From positions 4,466,001 through 4,530,000 of the forward strand of contig CM119378.1 of the NCBI GenBank assembly GCA_051294905.1: 64,000 nt of DNA, written 5' to 3'. This DNA comes from Botryllus schlosseri (Eukaryota). A program made the translations under genes and the position numbers. The notes beneath the pieces were generated by a model that made no database searches, was not told the DNA's origin, and was given only the letters and a program-made list of their open reading frames with translations. The first letter of the stretch is position 1. Each line of letters opens with the position of its first letter. Below are positions 1 through 13,412 of the stretch, one piece after another.

Positions 1-435
1 GGTCCAGACCTGATATCTGCGCACTATTTGTATTCGGACATGCTCCGGAGCTGATATCTGCGCACCAAAAGAGCCCAGGTATGGTCCAGACCTGATATCT
101 GCGCACTATTTGTATTCGGACATGATCCGGAGCTGATATCTGCGCACCAAAAGAGCCCAGGTATGGTCCAGACCTGATATCTGCGCACTATTTGCATTCG
201 GACATGCTCCGGAGCTGATATCTGCGCACCAAAAGAATCCAGGTATGGTCCAGACCTGATATCTGCGCACTATTTGTATTCGGACATGCTCCGGAGCTGA
301 TATCTGCGCACCAAAAGAGCCCAAGTATGGTCCGGACCTGATATCTGCGCACTATTTGTATTCGGACATGCTCCGGAGCTGATATATGCGCACCAAAAGA
401 GCCCAGGTATGGTCCAGACCTGATATCTGCGCACT
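1..435. repeat. 82-bp tandem repeat array (about 5.3 copies, runs off the left edge), built from two 41-bp subunits
   Basis: Units start at 1, 83, 165, 247, 329 and 411 with GGTCCAGACCTGATATCTGCGCAC (one substitution at 329). The core CTGATATCTGCGCAC recurs every 41 bp. Copies are nearly identical. Confidence 0.95.
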
Positions 436-459
436 GAATCGACCTAGACATACTTAAGA

Positions 460-652
460 CGTGATATCTGCGCTCTAAGCGAAGTGTGACCTTTATATGA
501 CCTCGATGTCTGCGGTTTTTGGTGATATATATATATATGGCGATATCTGAGTATATCCACAATGATATCTGCGATATCTGAGTATATCCACAGTAGTGAT
601 ATCTGCGATATCTGCGATACCTGCGATATCTTCGATATCTGAGTATATCCAC
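460..652. repeat. Degenerate 9-bp (GATATCTGC)n / GATATCTGAGTATATCCAC minisatellite
   Basis: Repeated GATATCTG motif directly after the 82-bp array; explains the RYR-repeat ORF 188..673. Confidence 0.85.
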
Positions 653-872
653 GGGGCCATAAAATAATGACATGGGGGATTGAGCGTATCTGATGAGGGA
701 AATATATCACAATCCTGTCTTAATGATGGCGGCCAAAATTTTTTTTTCGTTTTTTCTTCAATGTAAGACTACATCATTTTTAGAGCGCAGTGCCCCTTCA
801 ACATTCGTATAATCATATCTATCCTAATACGTATTCCCAATCAATCCAGCGAACTCAATACATACACTATAG

Positions 873-2398
873 CAGTGGTTCCCAACCTTTTTCATCTCGT
901 GCCTCCCTTGGCCGAAATTTTAGCCAAAATTCCCCCCTTAGGATAAATCTGCCCGATGATTAAAAATGGTCATTTTTACCGCGCAAACACCTGTTGACTA
1001 AGAGAATAAGACGGGCGGTACCGAGTGTTTGTTTCTAGCAGTGCTGTAATAACACTTTGTAGACCTACAAAAACCATGGTCTTGGTCCCAATCACACAAA
1101 TTCTGGAAGGCTTGACTCAACAGACCCCCACACTTCCATTTGTGTTTTCGGCTTACCATGCACCAATCGCTAATATAACTGCTGTGAAAAATCAGTATCC
1201 ACAAATTTACTGGTCTCGCGATTTTTTTTTCTCAAGTTTGCGCATGCATTTGGCCAACAATAGAGGTACGTTGATATATAGCAGGGTTGACCAGACTCGC
1301 GTTTGACTCGGGTCACCGTTTTCTGATAACTCGACTTGACTCGAGCCATTTTCTCAAAATACGGAAACGAAACGACTCGACTCGACTCGAGACAATCTGG
1401 GTATTGACTCGACTTGGACTGTAGTCATTGTGCATGACTCGAACCAAGTCATATGACTCAAGACTATAAAACGGCCAAAACCGACTGGTCATTGTAATTT
1501 CGAAGAACAGTAAAGTGACCACCCTGTTGGAAGTTCGTCTATTGATCCTGGTACTTGACAATGCGACAAGAAACTGCTCAAAGTGAGGAAAATTAGTATA
1601 TCATAAATCCAAATCATTCAATATCACCAAACAGTGTTGACTTGAGTGTGACTTGGACTCGTACTCGAGTCATAATACCATGATTCGGACTCGACCGTCT
1701 GCTCGGTGACTTGGACTTGGACTTGACTCAATGGTGAATTGAAAATGACTCGACTTGACTCGAGTCAAAACTATGAGAGTGAGATTGACTTGTGACTCGG
1801 AGCCTCTTGACTGGGTTACAGCCCTGATATATAACATACACGTGATCAAATTCCCTGCTGGAGCTCATTGAAATTTAGGACACCCATTACGTTTCGGCAA
1901 CATTGCACCAAGTTTACCATGTCTTGTTTCGATCGGGTAGCTGTTCACTAAAAATAAAGCAAGGCTAGCGATCTCTCTGACTTGAATCGATGACGTTGGA
2001 ATACTTAGTCACAGTCTGAAAATGTTGACTTGAAAATATAAGATAAATACTTTCACTAGAGGCCTTGTTGTGATAGATTCGGCACGCGTAGGATATATTT
2101 GATTGAGAGGCCGTCGCTGACTTACAAAATTGTCTTGCGAACTGCAGCACATCTGAACTAATTGAAAAAGGGGTGGGGGATTCGTATGTGAAAACGAAAT
2201 TTCAAATAGCATTTGAACATACTTTCACCAAGCAAAAACAACCATAAGGAGTATACGTTCGGATATAACTGGTTGACTAAATGACTGTTCGAATATGAAC
2301 AGTTTGGGAAATCCGTTACAATTCTAAAGTCGAATTCCCCCCTAAAAATTGCAAAATTCCCCCCAAGGGGGGAATTCCTCCCTGGTTGGGAACCACTG
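873..2398. mobile_element. Non-autonomous hAT-type MITE
   Basis: TIR CAGTGGTTCCCAACC / GGTTGGGAACCACTG; 8-bp TSD CACTATAG / CACTATGG. Confidence 0.85.
1282..1826. mobile_element. Nested hAT-type MITE with (GACTC/GACTT)n subterminal repeats
   Basis: Ends CAGGGTTG...CAGCCCTG; TSD ATATATAG / ATATATAA; related copy in the opposite orientation at 48038. Confidence 0.8.
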
Positions 2399-2413
2399 CA
2401 CTATGGTCTATAA

Positions 2414-4433
2414 CAGGGGCGGGCAACATACGGCCCGCGACGGGATTTTGTGCGGCCCGCCGACAGTTTACGGTCTTACGTGATGGTGTGGCCCGCGTCG
2501 CCGTCTACAGGCAATTACGCGCATACATTTTCGATCATGAACATTAGCAAGACAAAGCGACGTTCCAATATACAACTGATGTTCATCGCATTGACGTGGC
2601 CAGTGGCGAATGCGGCGATGCCATTCCCAGATTTTTCTAAAACATTATTAATATCTGTAAATAGTGGAATATTTTCGGGTAGATGGATTCAAACTAAAAA
2701 AAATTCGCGAGCTCCGCGCGATTTGGTGTCTCCACGTACCTGTCTTGATTATGAGAATACAGTATCATAGATACTCTATAATTGCCCGAGGCCGCTGGGT
2801 TGCAGGAGTTTTCAACAAAGTAATTAATAAGAATGAACCCCACCCTAAGTGAATAATCGATAAGCTCATGAATGTATGTATTCTGATGCCATGATCAAAG
2901 TTCAAAATTATAATTATACGTGGTGTAAATTTTGGAAGAAGCCACCTGCCCATACACTCACGAATATCATTGATCAAATTCATTCATTTATGCAAAAAAA
3001 TTTCGCGCTTTGCACGACTATAAAAGCCGAATGCACTCTGACTCTTTTGATCACATTCACATCACCGATTTGGGCCCGCCCGTGAATCGGTCGCCCAATC
3101 TAGATAAAGTTCGCAATTGCAGGAATGTGTGCGTCTCTGAATTGTATGTACAAAGGGCAGTGCAGGGTAGGATGGACGGATCTGTGGCTCTTTCCTATGG
3201 GGGGAGTATTTTTGTACGTCAGTACTTTAGATCCCGAAGTGAAAAAATCGTCCAATCCAACATGACATTGGCCATGATTGACCTGGTATGTGAAGTAAAT
3301 GTGCATAAGGGCTGTTAAAAAAAAATCCTTCAGATTTCAATGGCTACGCTGCACAACAACTTTGGCTCAATTCTAACCAGCAGAAGCGAGATTCTTGCAG
3401 TAGAAAGTTTTCAATTTATCATTGAAAAATAAAAAAATTAAAATTTCAAATTTTTTGTCGACCCCATAAAATTGTCAGACTGTCAGTAAATATTATGCAT
3501 ACCAAATTTGGCTCAATTCCGACCGCTAGATGCGAAGTTATTGCAGTAGAAGCATTGCAGCCTGGGGGTGATTTTCAAAAATAGTTATATTATCCAATAA
3601 TGAATTTCCCACGTGATTTATTGTGAATTGCAAGGCCAACCCAGAATTCGATTGTCCCGACCATGAAATGTGGCATGTCGATGACTAAAATATCAGTTCC
3701 GACTAGGCGTAACTAGGGTCTGGTCACATTTCTCGTATATCTTCGTCTATTACCATAAATTAGAATACTTATCGGTAGATTTATTAAATTTGATAGTTTT
3801 CTTTGCGCTTTGTGCGATTTATTCTCCCTCGATTTCTTGCATTTAATGTTGGTTGTCTGTCCTTGAAATTGATAATGAAGAGTACGACTAGTTCAACCAG
3901 GGATATCTAGATATCTAGATATCCCTGAGTTCAACTATATATATTCACAATTATGAGAGAACGTGCTGTCGAAAATGCGAATTCGCTCACAGAAAGATCG
4001 TTCTTGCAAACTGCATCCTGCAGTATAGCCTACAGAGGCCCCCGCAATATATGCAAGTATATTATTGACCGAACTCATTTGGTAACTTCGAAAAATTTTT
4101 GGGCTTTCAGTTCCGTTCAGTTTGGTTGATTAGCAATTTTTATCAGTTCAATACATCACAAAAATGCGATAAGGAAGGTGGCGAAATGACTTGGAGTATA
4201 GTCTTAGGAATCAGACACCCACCCTGGCCTAGGCGATGTAAAGAGGAGGCATGTACAGTTGTACACTGAAAGAAGATAGTAAAAAAAGAAAGCGACAAAA
4301 ATGGGTTGGCATGCTATATCCCGTTACCTTATCCGGCCCGCTGCCATGACCGAAAAACTCCTTGTCGCTCACATGGCTCAAATAATTCATAAATTCTATG
4401 TGGTTCTTTGGCCGTAAAGGTTGGTCACCCCTG
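2414..4433. mobile_element. Composite of hAT-type MITE pieces (GGCCCGCG family) with nested repeats
   Basis: Starts CAGGGGCGGGCAACATACGGCCCGCG (same start at 28448) and ends GGTTGGTCACCCCTG. Segment ~3600-4100 resembles 44575-45296. No matching TSD, so the two ends may belong to different elements. Confidence 0.55.
4110..4315 (-). mobile_element. LINE (CR1/L2-like) 3'-end fragment, dispersed family
   Basis: Core ATCAGACACCCAC(C)CTGGCCTAGGCGATGTAAAGAGGAGG is shared with copies at ~26.7, 44.2, 55.0, 57.2 and 57.5 kb; the 57.2-kb copy ends in AATAAAC plus an (ATG)n tail. Family assignment is inferred. Confidence 0.6.
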
Positions 4434-7070
4434 CTTTAGCCTGGTGAACTGAATGACATAAAATATATTCTTTCTCTTTGATTTCAACATATCAATGACA
4501 TCGAAGTTCCTTGCATCGGAGCTCAACAACACTGTCGTTCACTTAATTTTTGCAATGCTGTAACAAATCAACTCTTTTATCATCATATTATCGTTACAAA
4601 ATCATTCAAAAAGCCAATGGCAATGCGATTCAAATCAATACTTCACTGAACATAGAACAAATCAACTGACCGCCGTCTGCGATTCCAAATCGTCAGCGCT
4701 GTCAATTAGCGAGTCCGTGACAGCGCGTAAATGCCAACAATTCACCGTTAACAGATAGGCGCGCAAATAATTGAATTCGCAGCTTCGCCCCACTAAATGG
4801 TAATCCGTGATGGACAATCGAAGCAACGTCGTTTACGACGTCGATTCCGACACGCCGGCGCTGAGAAACACCATCTTCTCTCTCGACCAGACGAGCTAAT
4901 TCACGCTCTCCTTTTCTTAATTAAATTGCATTTGCGGTTGCGCCCATATTCGTTTACAAAATAATTCTCAAGTTATTATTTTAGTTTAGTTAATTTAATT
5001 GGGGGCTTGGAGTGCGAAATAGGACAGTGTGTTTGAGTATGCCTGCGAATTGAAAGTCATTACTGCGCAAAGTGCGCATATTCATTACTCTAACAAGGCT
5101 TTGCCAACTTTTATCGGGAAATGCAACAATGCAGCTCCAACGTCGTTATAATGAGCATACAATTGTCGCAATGTCAGAATTGGAACCCCATTTTGCTGTA
5201 TGCAAGTTAAGGAATTACTGATTAGATGCGCGCTTTCCTTTCCCGGTTGCTATCATCAACTCTTATTAATACTACCATTACTGCGCATTGTGCAGTGCAA
5301 GGCGTTGAATTACGTTGTCAAATATTGATGCAACACGAGATTCTCGGTGGCAGAAATTATGAATTTATTCGATTAGTTTGAAGGGGAACAACGGTGACAT
5401 TTTATGTTCCAATGTACTTCATTGTTGGACGGACTCTATCTACCGCAATCATGTCGCGGATCGAATTTCAAACCTTTGGGATACGCATTTCTATTGATAA
5501 GGTCGCGGCATGCGCCCATACTGCTCTTGCTGTTGGCTAACGGACAAATTCAACTGGCTTATCGGAGCCTACGTATAGGCCGTAGGGCCCGACTGATATT
5601 AACCAGCGCGTTGTCGGCATTAAAACCCCAAGTGCGTCACCAACGAGTTTTTACAACTAGAAATTCCGTCCTTTTGAAATGCCAATTCACTAATTCGTAT
5701 TATCGACGAGCGTATACTGCAAATTACCGAGAATCATTTGTATGCGAAAAGGGTCATCGGCATCTTATGTGCACTGTATCGTCAGAGGTTTGATTTAGCG
5801 CGTCCGCATGCTGGCCTGCTACCGTCCACAGAAACACTTGCGGCAAACAGTAGCAATGTCTGAAGGTAATATTGTTTGTGTTTATGTATCTTTTTGATTA
5901 GAACTTATGCCCGCGTCTGAACAAATTGTGCTCATTGCCATTGCCGAATCTTGGTATTTAGGTGGGACTAGCGCACCCTGTGACTGTAATTATTCCAGAT
6001 TTGCGGCATGTCTGCACTTTCGTTATCAGCGCAACCTTGCCCGCCGATTGTACACGTACACTCGTACAGCCCGATAAAATTGTTCTCTACCATGTATTTC
6101 GCATAGCGTACTGATGTTTATTTCAGCGAACTAACGGTACTAGAAACATGGATTTCATCGCGCGCTCTGAGAAACACCGCCTCCTATCGCGATTTGACGA
6201 CCAAATATACGTTCATCTTCCACAAATTGAAGTGCATTATTTGCATCGATGAGGAACGTAAGCCGCGTTAAAATATTTTGTTATAAATATTCTCGGAGCG
6301 TTAAGTTGAACAGTGTTTTATTGTGTGCCTGCCAGTTGGAATTCATTCCAGTGCCATAATATTAATCCAATCATGCTTTGCAAACGTAAATCGGGAAATG
6401 CAGCAATGCAGTCTAAGTCGATGTTTTAATCAGCAACCAATTGTCGCGATACTAAGTGAAGCCTATTGTGTTTGCGGTATAGGATAATTATTGATTGGCC
6501 GCGCGCGTTTGTAATCATAATTCTTGTCCGTCCTCCGTGTTCTAGAATTGTCGCGCTGGGTTACCGCTCAGTCCAGCGACGAATGGCGAGCGCGCGGCAA
6601 TCAAAGACCTAATTTCGCAATCATCTCAGCAGGAGATCGCGTCGCGTTACATTGTGCGATATGCGTGCACAGACGAATCTCGGTATCTGGTCGCGGCCCG
6701 GCGTAACTCTCATAATACGACTTTGAATTACAACTGAATATTAGCGTCAGAATGGTCATTTTAAAGTGACGGGGTTTAGCTTTTCATAAGGAGGGAGTTC
6801 CGTCCGACACCCCCCTGGCTACGCGCCTGCCGCCACCCCATGCAAAAATAAATTCGGCGCCTAGTCAAGACTTACATACTATTTACCTTGTTTTGCTCGT
6901 TTACAATTCTTGAGGCGTGTTGAGCAGTTCCACAATCTCAAATATTCGCCCTTCTCGGATTGTTATATTACGCTTTATCCATGCCAGCCCAACTTTCCAC
7001 GCTTCAATCCATGCTCCTAAATGTACCGAGTTAGATGCCATCACAAATTCGAACTCCATAGAATTTTTGG

Positions 7071-8030
7071 AACGCGGCCCGCAAGGTCATATTCTGTGGC
7101 CCGCGACCTGATTTCAAATTTCGGAAGAACGCTTAATAAAGGATTTTGAAATGCTTAAATTTACTTCAGTTCAAACATACTGTTGTTGTTGTTGTTGTTT
7201 AAAGTAAGCTATTCTCTTCTACCCAAAATCACAATTCCCCACTTGCTGATACGGCTTCGGCGATGGTAATATCATTCCACGGAGAAAGAATTTGCTGATA
7301 TAAATGAGCAATGAGCTTATTGCCGTGTCGTGCAATGGCCACCACTGCCAAGACCGAGACGATTGAAAAACGACTTCGGGCTTTCGAAAAGACCAAGCTT
7401 TACTAGGAGATAATTTCCAGCATGTAACCCCAATATCGATTCTTTAGTCCAGTGGTGGCCAATCTGCGGCAGTAGAAGGGAAATTATGCGGCCGTCGACA
7501 CTTAATTCAATTATGATGTGTTGGAGGCCGTCAATATGCAAATTTGATTTACGAATCGACTCCCCAATTAATGAGAGGTTTGAATTATTATTGAAATTTT
7601 ATTAGCGCTACGCGCGGTTCAATCCGAACTGATTTTCGATTTTAATATAGCCTATTATAGTGTCCTTTGTAATCCAAGCCCCACAGTACAGATGCGAACA
7701 GCAAATAGCAAAATAGCAAAAAGTTAGGCAATCTCTGTTTTACTTGCCGAAGCGTGTTGCCACGTATTGTGCCCAGCTCATAGTTCAAAATAGATTGAAA
7801 TTGATGATCATGATATTTTTGTGATATTCATATTTCTTCAATAAAGTATTATTTCTTATGTGGCAACTGTGACCGTCGCCTATGTTAGAGTGCACAGCGT
7901 TGTACTGGCGTAGAGTTATGAAAACTAGGTTTTTAAATTGCGTTGCCTATTTTTATCTCGATATTGAAATCATGCGGCCCGCGGCCTCTACAAATTTTGA
8001 AAAGTGGCCCGCGACCCATTTTGAGACCCT
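7071..8030. mobile_element. Truncated hAT-type MITE, same family as 12594-13412
   Basis: GGCCCGCG-rich ends and internal sequence match the reverse complement of 12594-13412. Confidence 0.7.
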
Positions 8031-9731
8031 CGTTTATGTCTTACTACACGTACACCTTCTTCAATTCCTATTTGCTCGGACGAAAATTTCATGACTCAGC
8101 ATAAAATTAGTTATGAGGTTTCAGTTTTTTTTATTTAAACCCATTACGTATTATACTACACTTGATACCTATCATATACAATGCTACGTCGTTTTTATTT
8201 TTGTACGGCCTATGCCTATCGCAATGCTACTTAACAATTTTATCTAGATTATATCGTCATACTTCACTATTTTCCGATCATCACAATGTATTTCTTATAA
8301 TATCTCAACCTAAATTTTAATCATCCGTTCTCTTACCTTCATTTGTTTTCCGTTGTGTTTCGTATTACGGTTATCGCCATCCGTTGCCTTGCTCCGTTTC
8401 GTCGTCTTGTGTTCCTCATACGACTAATGGTTCTACGTCAGTAGTTTAGTATAATCGCTCGTGATTCGCCATTGTCTTTTATGGGCCCCCCTCGTGACCT
8501 GCCGCGAAACGCATATTTTGCACATTCGAAAAATGTTTTGCTGGGAAGGCTCGTTGATGATGATGAAGGCCTCAAAAGACTTGCATTAACAAGATTACAA
8601 CTATGCGCAGATCAAACAGAGAATACCAGAATTCAAAATTTTCGATTTCCACACCATTCTAATGTATAGTGTAGGTAATATGATTTATGTTAACGGCGAC
8701 ATGTTTTCTTGTTCCGCAACTACATTGTGCTTATATCCGCAACAAGAACCAGAACTACCAACTTTTCAAAATCCGAAACTAGACCTGGAACTACTCGAAA
8801 AACCAGTACTTAGTACAAGCCTAACTGGTATACACGTATTTTGCTTCGATCCTTGCATTAAAACGGTTTTTCTTTTCAGGAATTTCATCTGGAATACGAC
8901 AAGTTAGAAGAGCGGCCCCACCTTCCCAACCTCATGTCCTTGCACTTCAACCCGGCGCAGCATGTCTGAATGAAATTTCTTCTGTTTGTCTCTCTCTCTA
9001 CTCTATGTCCCTTTTTCGTGTCGTTACATGCTATTTTGAAATTCATTTTTGCTTTAAAAGCAACCACGACGCTAATAAAACCCCCGCTACTGGACTCGAA
9101 AATTATGGTGGTTGGAAAGATGGAGTAAGGTGAAGGACAGACAACCCTTGGAGTATTGTCTGCTACTGTTGGTCAGTAAAATATGAGTTTGAATCTCCAG
9201 TTAAATCAGATAGGGATGATGTTGAGAGAAATCGATTGTGTCACTGGAGGCGTTTTCTCACTGTCGAGAGGAGGTGGGTAGTTTCGTTTGAATGTTTTGT
9301 CCAAACTCAATACAAATTGTTCAGAATTCCTCTCACATTTGATAATTTTTTATTAAAAAACGTCTATTCTCATTTGCGGGAATTCCGGGGACATTTTGTG
9401 GATTCCCCGCCTGATTTTAATTATTTCTTGCCTACGAGTGATGAAAATTGAAGGTGGAGTCCGAGAGGAGAACCCCTAAACTTTCAATGCAGAGGAATTG
9501 CCTTTTAGTTGAAGCGGGCTACTATTCCTCAAAGCGTTCAGGTACGAATCTATTTAATGCATGACTGCCTATGCAATTATTATTATGCTGTAGTAGTATC
9601 GTCGGCTCAGTTTTCTTCAATGACTATATTCCGTAACTCCACCTTTTGCAGTTTCCTAGCAAATTAAAGTGAACTTGACTGAATTGTCCTTGCCCCATCA
9701 ACAACAGTCATACATGCCATATCCCCCCAGA

Positions 9732-10581
9732 TAGGGATGGTGTGAACCTCTAAGGTTCAGGTTTGTGTGAGCGTGAACCTCGTGACGTCATATTGATAAT
9801 TCCAACCATAGTGTCCTATATGGTGTGGACGCAAGCAAATCTCACGGCTCAGTGAAATTGGGATACGTCACACTTTCGATTTGGTCAAAGGCAATTCGAC
9901 GGTAATTTATGACCGCGTTACCGAGCATTAAATTTGTTAAAACGGGTATCAATCGAAAGCTACCACGGTACTGATTGCGAAAATATAACTATTATTCTGC
10001 TCGTGGTCCTGGAACCCTCCAAAATCAGCCTCGAATGTTGCATTGTAACGGAGTTTGGTATTGCTACAGATATCACCCCGTTAACAAATTATACAGCAGT
10101 AGCAGCAGATTGACCCCGTACGCCTGCTGGATTTTTTTACATCAAACAACGATATCCATTTAGTTGATTGGTTGAATATACATCATTCGCTGACTATACT
10201 TACATGTATAGTGTATTTCGCTCTTGATGTTGTGTGATTGCAGGTAAAGCTCACAGCAGAGATTCACCAAATATTCACAAAAGGAAAGCTGGATATTTCA
10301 TACAAACTTTTGTAACAAAGCAAGTAAAAATATTTGAAATTGTCATGGTGCATACCTGTTTAGTGTTGATTTTTTTATGCTGCCATCAGTGCCATGCATA
10401 GAGGGCCCGCAGTTGAAATGCAATAAATTTCAACCAAAGATGTTACAAGGCGAATTGAAAATTGCAATATATGAAAAAGGTTCACAGTGCCTACCAAGTT
10501 TCGTTTGTGAACGTGAACCTCTAAATTTCTGAGGTTCACACACAAAACGCGAACGTGAACCTCGCGTTCACACCATCCCCA
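9732..10581. mobile_element. MITE with GTGAAC/GTTCAC subterminal repeats
   Basis: TIR TAGGGATGGTGTGAAC / GTTCACACCATCCCCA; no clean TSD. Confidence 0.7.
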
Positions 10582-11461
10582 CCTCCAAGTATCCACGCTA
10601 TCTGTCACGAATTTATATTGCAGACATTATTACAACTATCACGAAAACAAGTTGAACAGAATAAAGGCAACAATGACGAAGGTCTCGGCAAAGTGAGGAA
10701 AGCAGGCAACTAATGCCTATATCTTGCAAACGCTTCTGCATCAAAATCTGTGTTATATTTCGTGAGGGCAATAAACAATTCTGTTATAATCTGGATTTAT
10801 TCATTCAAGGCAGTTCATTTAAACCGATTTTTGTGGAATGTCGTCCTCAGTTTTATCAATGTTACAAATGTAATTTGTATTTGATTTTCCAGTCACACAG
10901 CATACAGACTGCAAGAAACGCGGATAAAAACAAAGATAGACACAACAAAAATCTACTACTTCCAAGTTTATTTAACCAGAAATTTCACTCTCGAAATTAT
11001 TTCAAGAATGTCATGCGGATTTTCATAATTTTCTTGTGAATAAAATTGTTGTAAAAACAATAATGATTTGTGCACCTTAAGCCACATTTCATTAGTCATG
11101 AACAATAAGGGGCATTCTGAAATCGGCCTGGTACTGGGAGTCTTAAAACCTACTGATCGTCAGCAATCTTCCCTCTAATTTATCACGAGTCTGCGCGCAC
11201 TCACCAACTCACTGCGCGTACAACAGACGTAAAATTTTGAGATCCGATACAGAGGGCAATGCGTTGACTAAATAAAAAACGGTCATCACTTCGGCTTTTT
11301 TGTGCCCGGCACAGACTTTGTCACCAGTGCGCGGCCGTGCAAGAGCGCAGCTAGGGAACATTAATCGTCAGGGATTCTGTGCTGCTATTGAGGTAGAAGC
11401 CTTAATTTGAATGCAACACGGGAATTCATCCACAGTACCCATTTCTTAGGTTGATACAAAC

Positions 11462-12253
11462 CAGTGTTGGGATGACTCGAGTCCCCTTTTTCGAATGACT
11501 TGACTTGACTCGAGTCTATTTGCTGAAATGGCTTGACTTGACTTGACTCGGCGTATCAGAAATATGGATGGACTCGCGACCCGGAGCAAAATTCACGAGT
11601 GAATTTCAAGTAATCGGTGTCGATAATATCAATGAATCTTGCATATGTTCGGATTGTTCGCGAAACGCTGGTGTAACCGTGAGAGCGACCAATCATTTAA
11701 TGATCGCGCGTTTTACCGAGCCTCCATTGTTCCCTCACAAATAAATTGGCCGCCAACGAAGTGATCCAAACTTAAAGCTTACGTTGTCGTAAACTAGTGT
11801 AGTAAAGTAATTAATCCCTGTTTTTACCTTAACCTAACTTCTTGTTTTATTGAAATTGAATTCGAATATAGTTTATATAGTCCTCAACCATTTGGCGCAG
11901 GCTCGAATTGTATCATATCGATTTGCAAATGGGTAATGTATTGCATCCTATCAATTCGTATCTATATTCTCTATTTTGGCCGGTAACTATAAACTGTGGT
12001 TTAGCAGTTCTGCGCATATGTGAGCGACACAGCGCCTTCTTACGTGTCGTTCATCGGTTCAAAATGAATGGCCACTCAATCTGTATTTTAGACAGCTATC
12101 AAAATGCAATGACGTTATCATGCCCTATACTTCGAAAAGGCAACTTGACTTGACTTGTTACTTGACTCGTGACTTGACTTGACTCGAGTCAAAATGTGCA
12201 ATGACTCGAAATGACTCGTGACATCGACAGTAAGTGACTTGATCCCAACACTG
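11462..12253. mobile_element. hAT-type MITE with (GACTT/GACTC)n subterminal repeats
   Basis: TIR CAGTGTTGGGAT / ATCCCAACACTG; TSD ATACAAAC / ATTCAAAC; sister copy at 36385-37276. Confidence 0.88.
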
Positions 12254-12593
12254 ATTCAAACTTGTGTTACACCATTCCCTTGTGTGGAATCTGACTACTG
12301 TGACCCCTCTGGTCTGGTACATTGCGATCAAAATGAATGTAAATAAAACTGGAACCTTTAAAATTTGTCAGTGCAGAACTCTGCATTAGGCCTATATCAT
12401 ACAATAAGTCTGTGCTTCGCCAACTAATAAAGCGCGAAGCATTTTAAAATGTTTTATAGGTATAAAAATACTTTAGTAATACTGACGATCTTACATGTGG
12501 TGGATGGTCGAAAATACCTGTAGGCCTACTTCAATTTTAGGTGTTTCTGGATATTTACCAAGTATGAGAACCAAGCCTAGATTTGATCTAAAA

Positions 12594-13412
12594 CAGGGGT
12601 CGCCAACTCAAAACGGGTCGCGGGCCACTTTTCAAATTTCGTAGCGGCCACGGGCCGCATGAATTCAATATCGATATAAAGTAGGCAACCACGTTTTAAA
12701 ACTCTACATCAGTACAACGCCGTGCTACCTAACATACGCAATGGGCATAGTGACCACAAAATAAGTAATATTTTATTAAAGGAATATAAATACAACAAAA
12801 GATCACAGTCATCAATTTCATTTCATTTTGAACTCTGAGCTGTGCAAGATACCTGGAAACGCATTTGGGGGCGAGCGAGATACGTTACTAGCTAAAAGAA
12901 TATTTCCACGTAAAGCTTGATCTTGTGGGGAAGCCCTGAGCCAGTGGTTCTCAAACCTTTTTAGACATGCCACCCTTTATGATACTGAAAAATTTCGCGC
13001 CCCACACCCCTTATCGTCATATCACAAAATGCAGCCATAATGCTAGCAATCCCAACGGATAGTTTAATGGCATGGATGCTGGTTATGAATGTAGATGAGA
13101 GAAGTCAATAATATGAACTCGGGACTATACTAAGAGCAATAACTATAACTATGAATTCGAGGTAAAATTTTTTTAGTTGACTGCAACTTCGCGCCCCCAT
13201 TCAGATGCTTGCACGCCACACAAGGGAACGCGACCCCAGTATCAGAACCACTGGCGTAAGCCGTTTTCTAAACTTCTCGTTCTTGGCAGTGTTGCGGCCA
13301 TTGCACGCCAATTTCAGCATTTCATAACGTTTTCATAGCTTTCTTCTGAAATTTCAAATCAGGTCGGGGGCCGCAAATTATTACCTCGTGGGCCGCGTGT
13401 TGATGACCCCTG
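12594..13412. mobile_element. hAT-type MITE
   Basis: TIR CAGGGGTC...GACCCCTG; perfect 8-bp TSD ATCTAAAA. Confidence 0.9.
12942..13253. mobile_element. Nested hAT-type MITE
   Basis: TIR CAGTGGTTCT / AGAACCACTG inside 12594-13412; TSD degenerate. Confidence 0.7.

Noticed and set aside
1..435. CRISPR-like array (constant 15-bp repeat with 26-bp spacers)
   Set aside because: Only two alternating spacers, each repeated; no cas genes; eukaryotic intron-containing context. It is a satellite.
106..710. ORFs 106..324, 188..673 and 444..710
   Set aside because: Translations of the tandem repeat and minisatellite.
685..716. CTGATGAGGGAAATATATC as a hammerhead
   Set aside because: No stem II pair is possible between CUGAUGA and GAAA, no stem I next to the core, and the related sequence at ~20529 lacks GAAA.
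8800..9540. Possible decayed coding or transposon sequence (ORF 9236..9451)
   Set aside because: No motif I can recognise with confidence.
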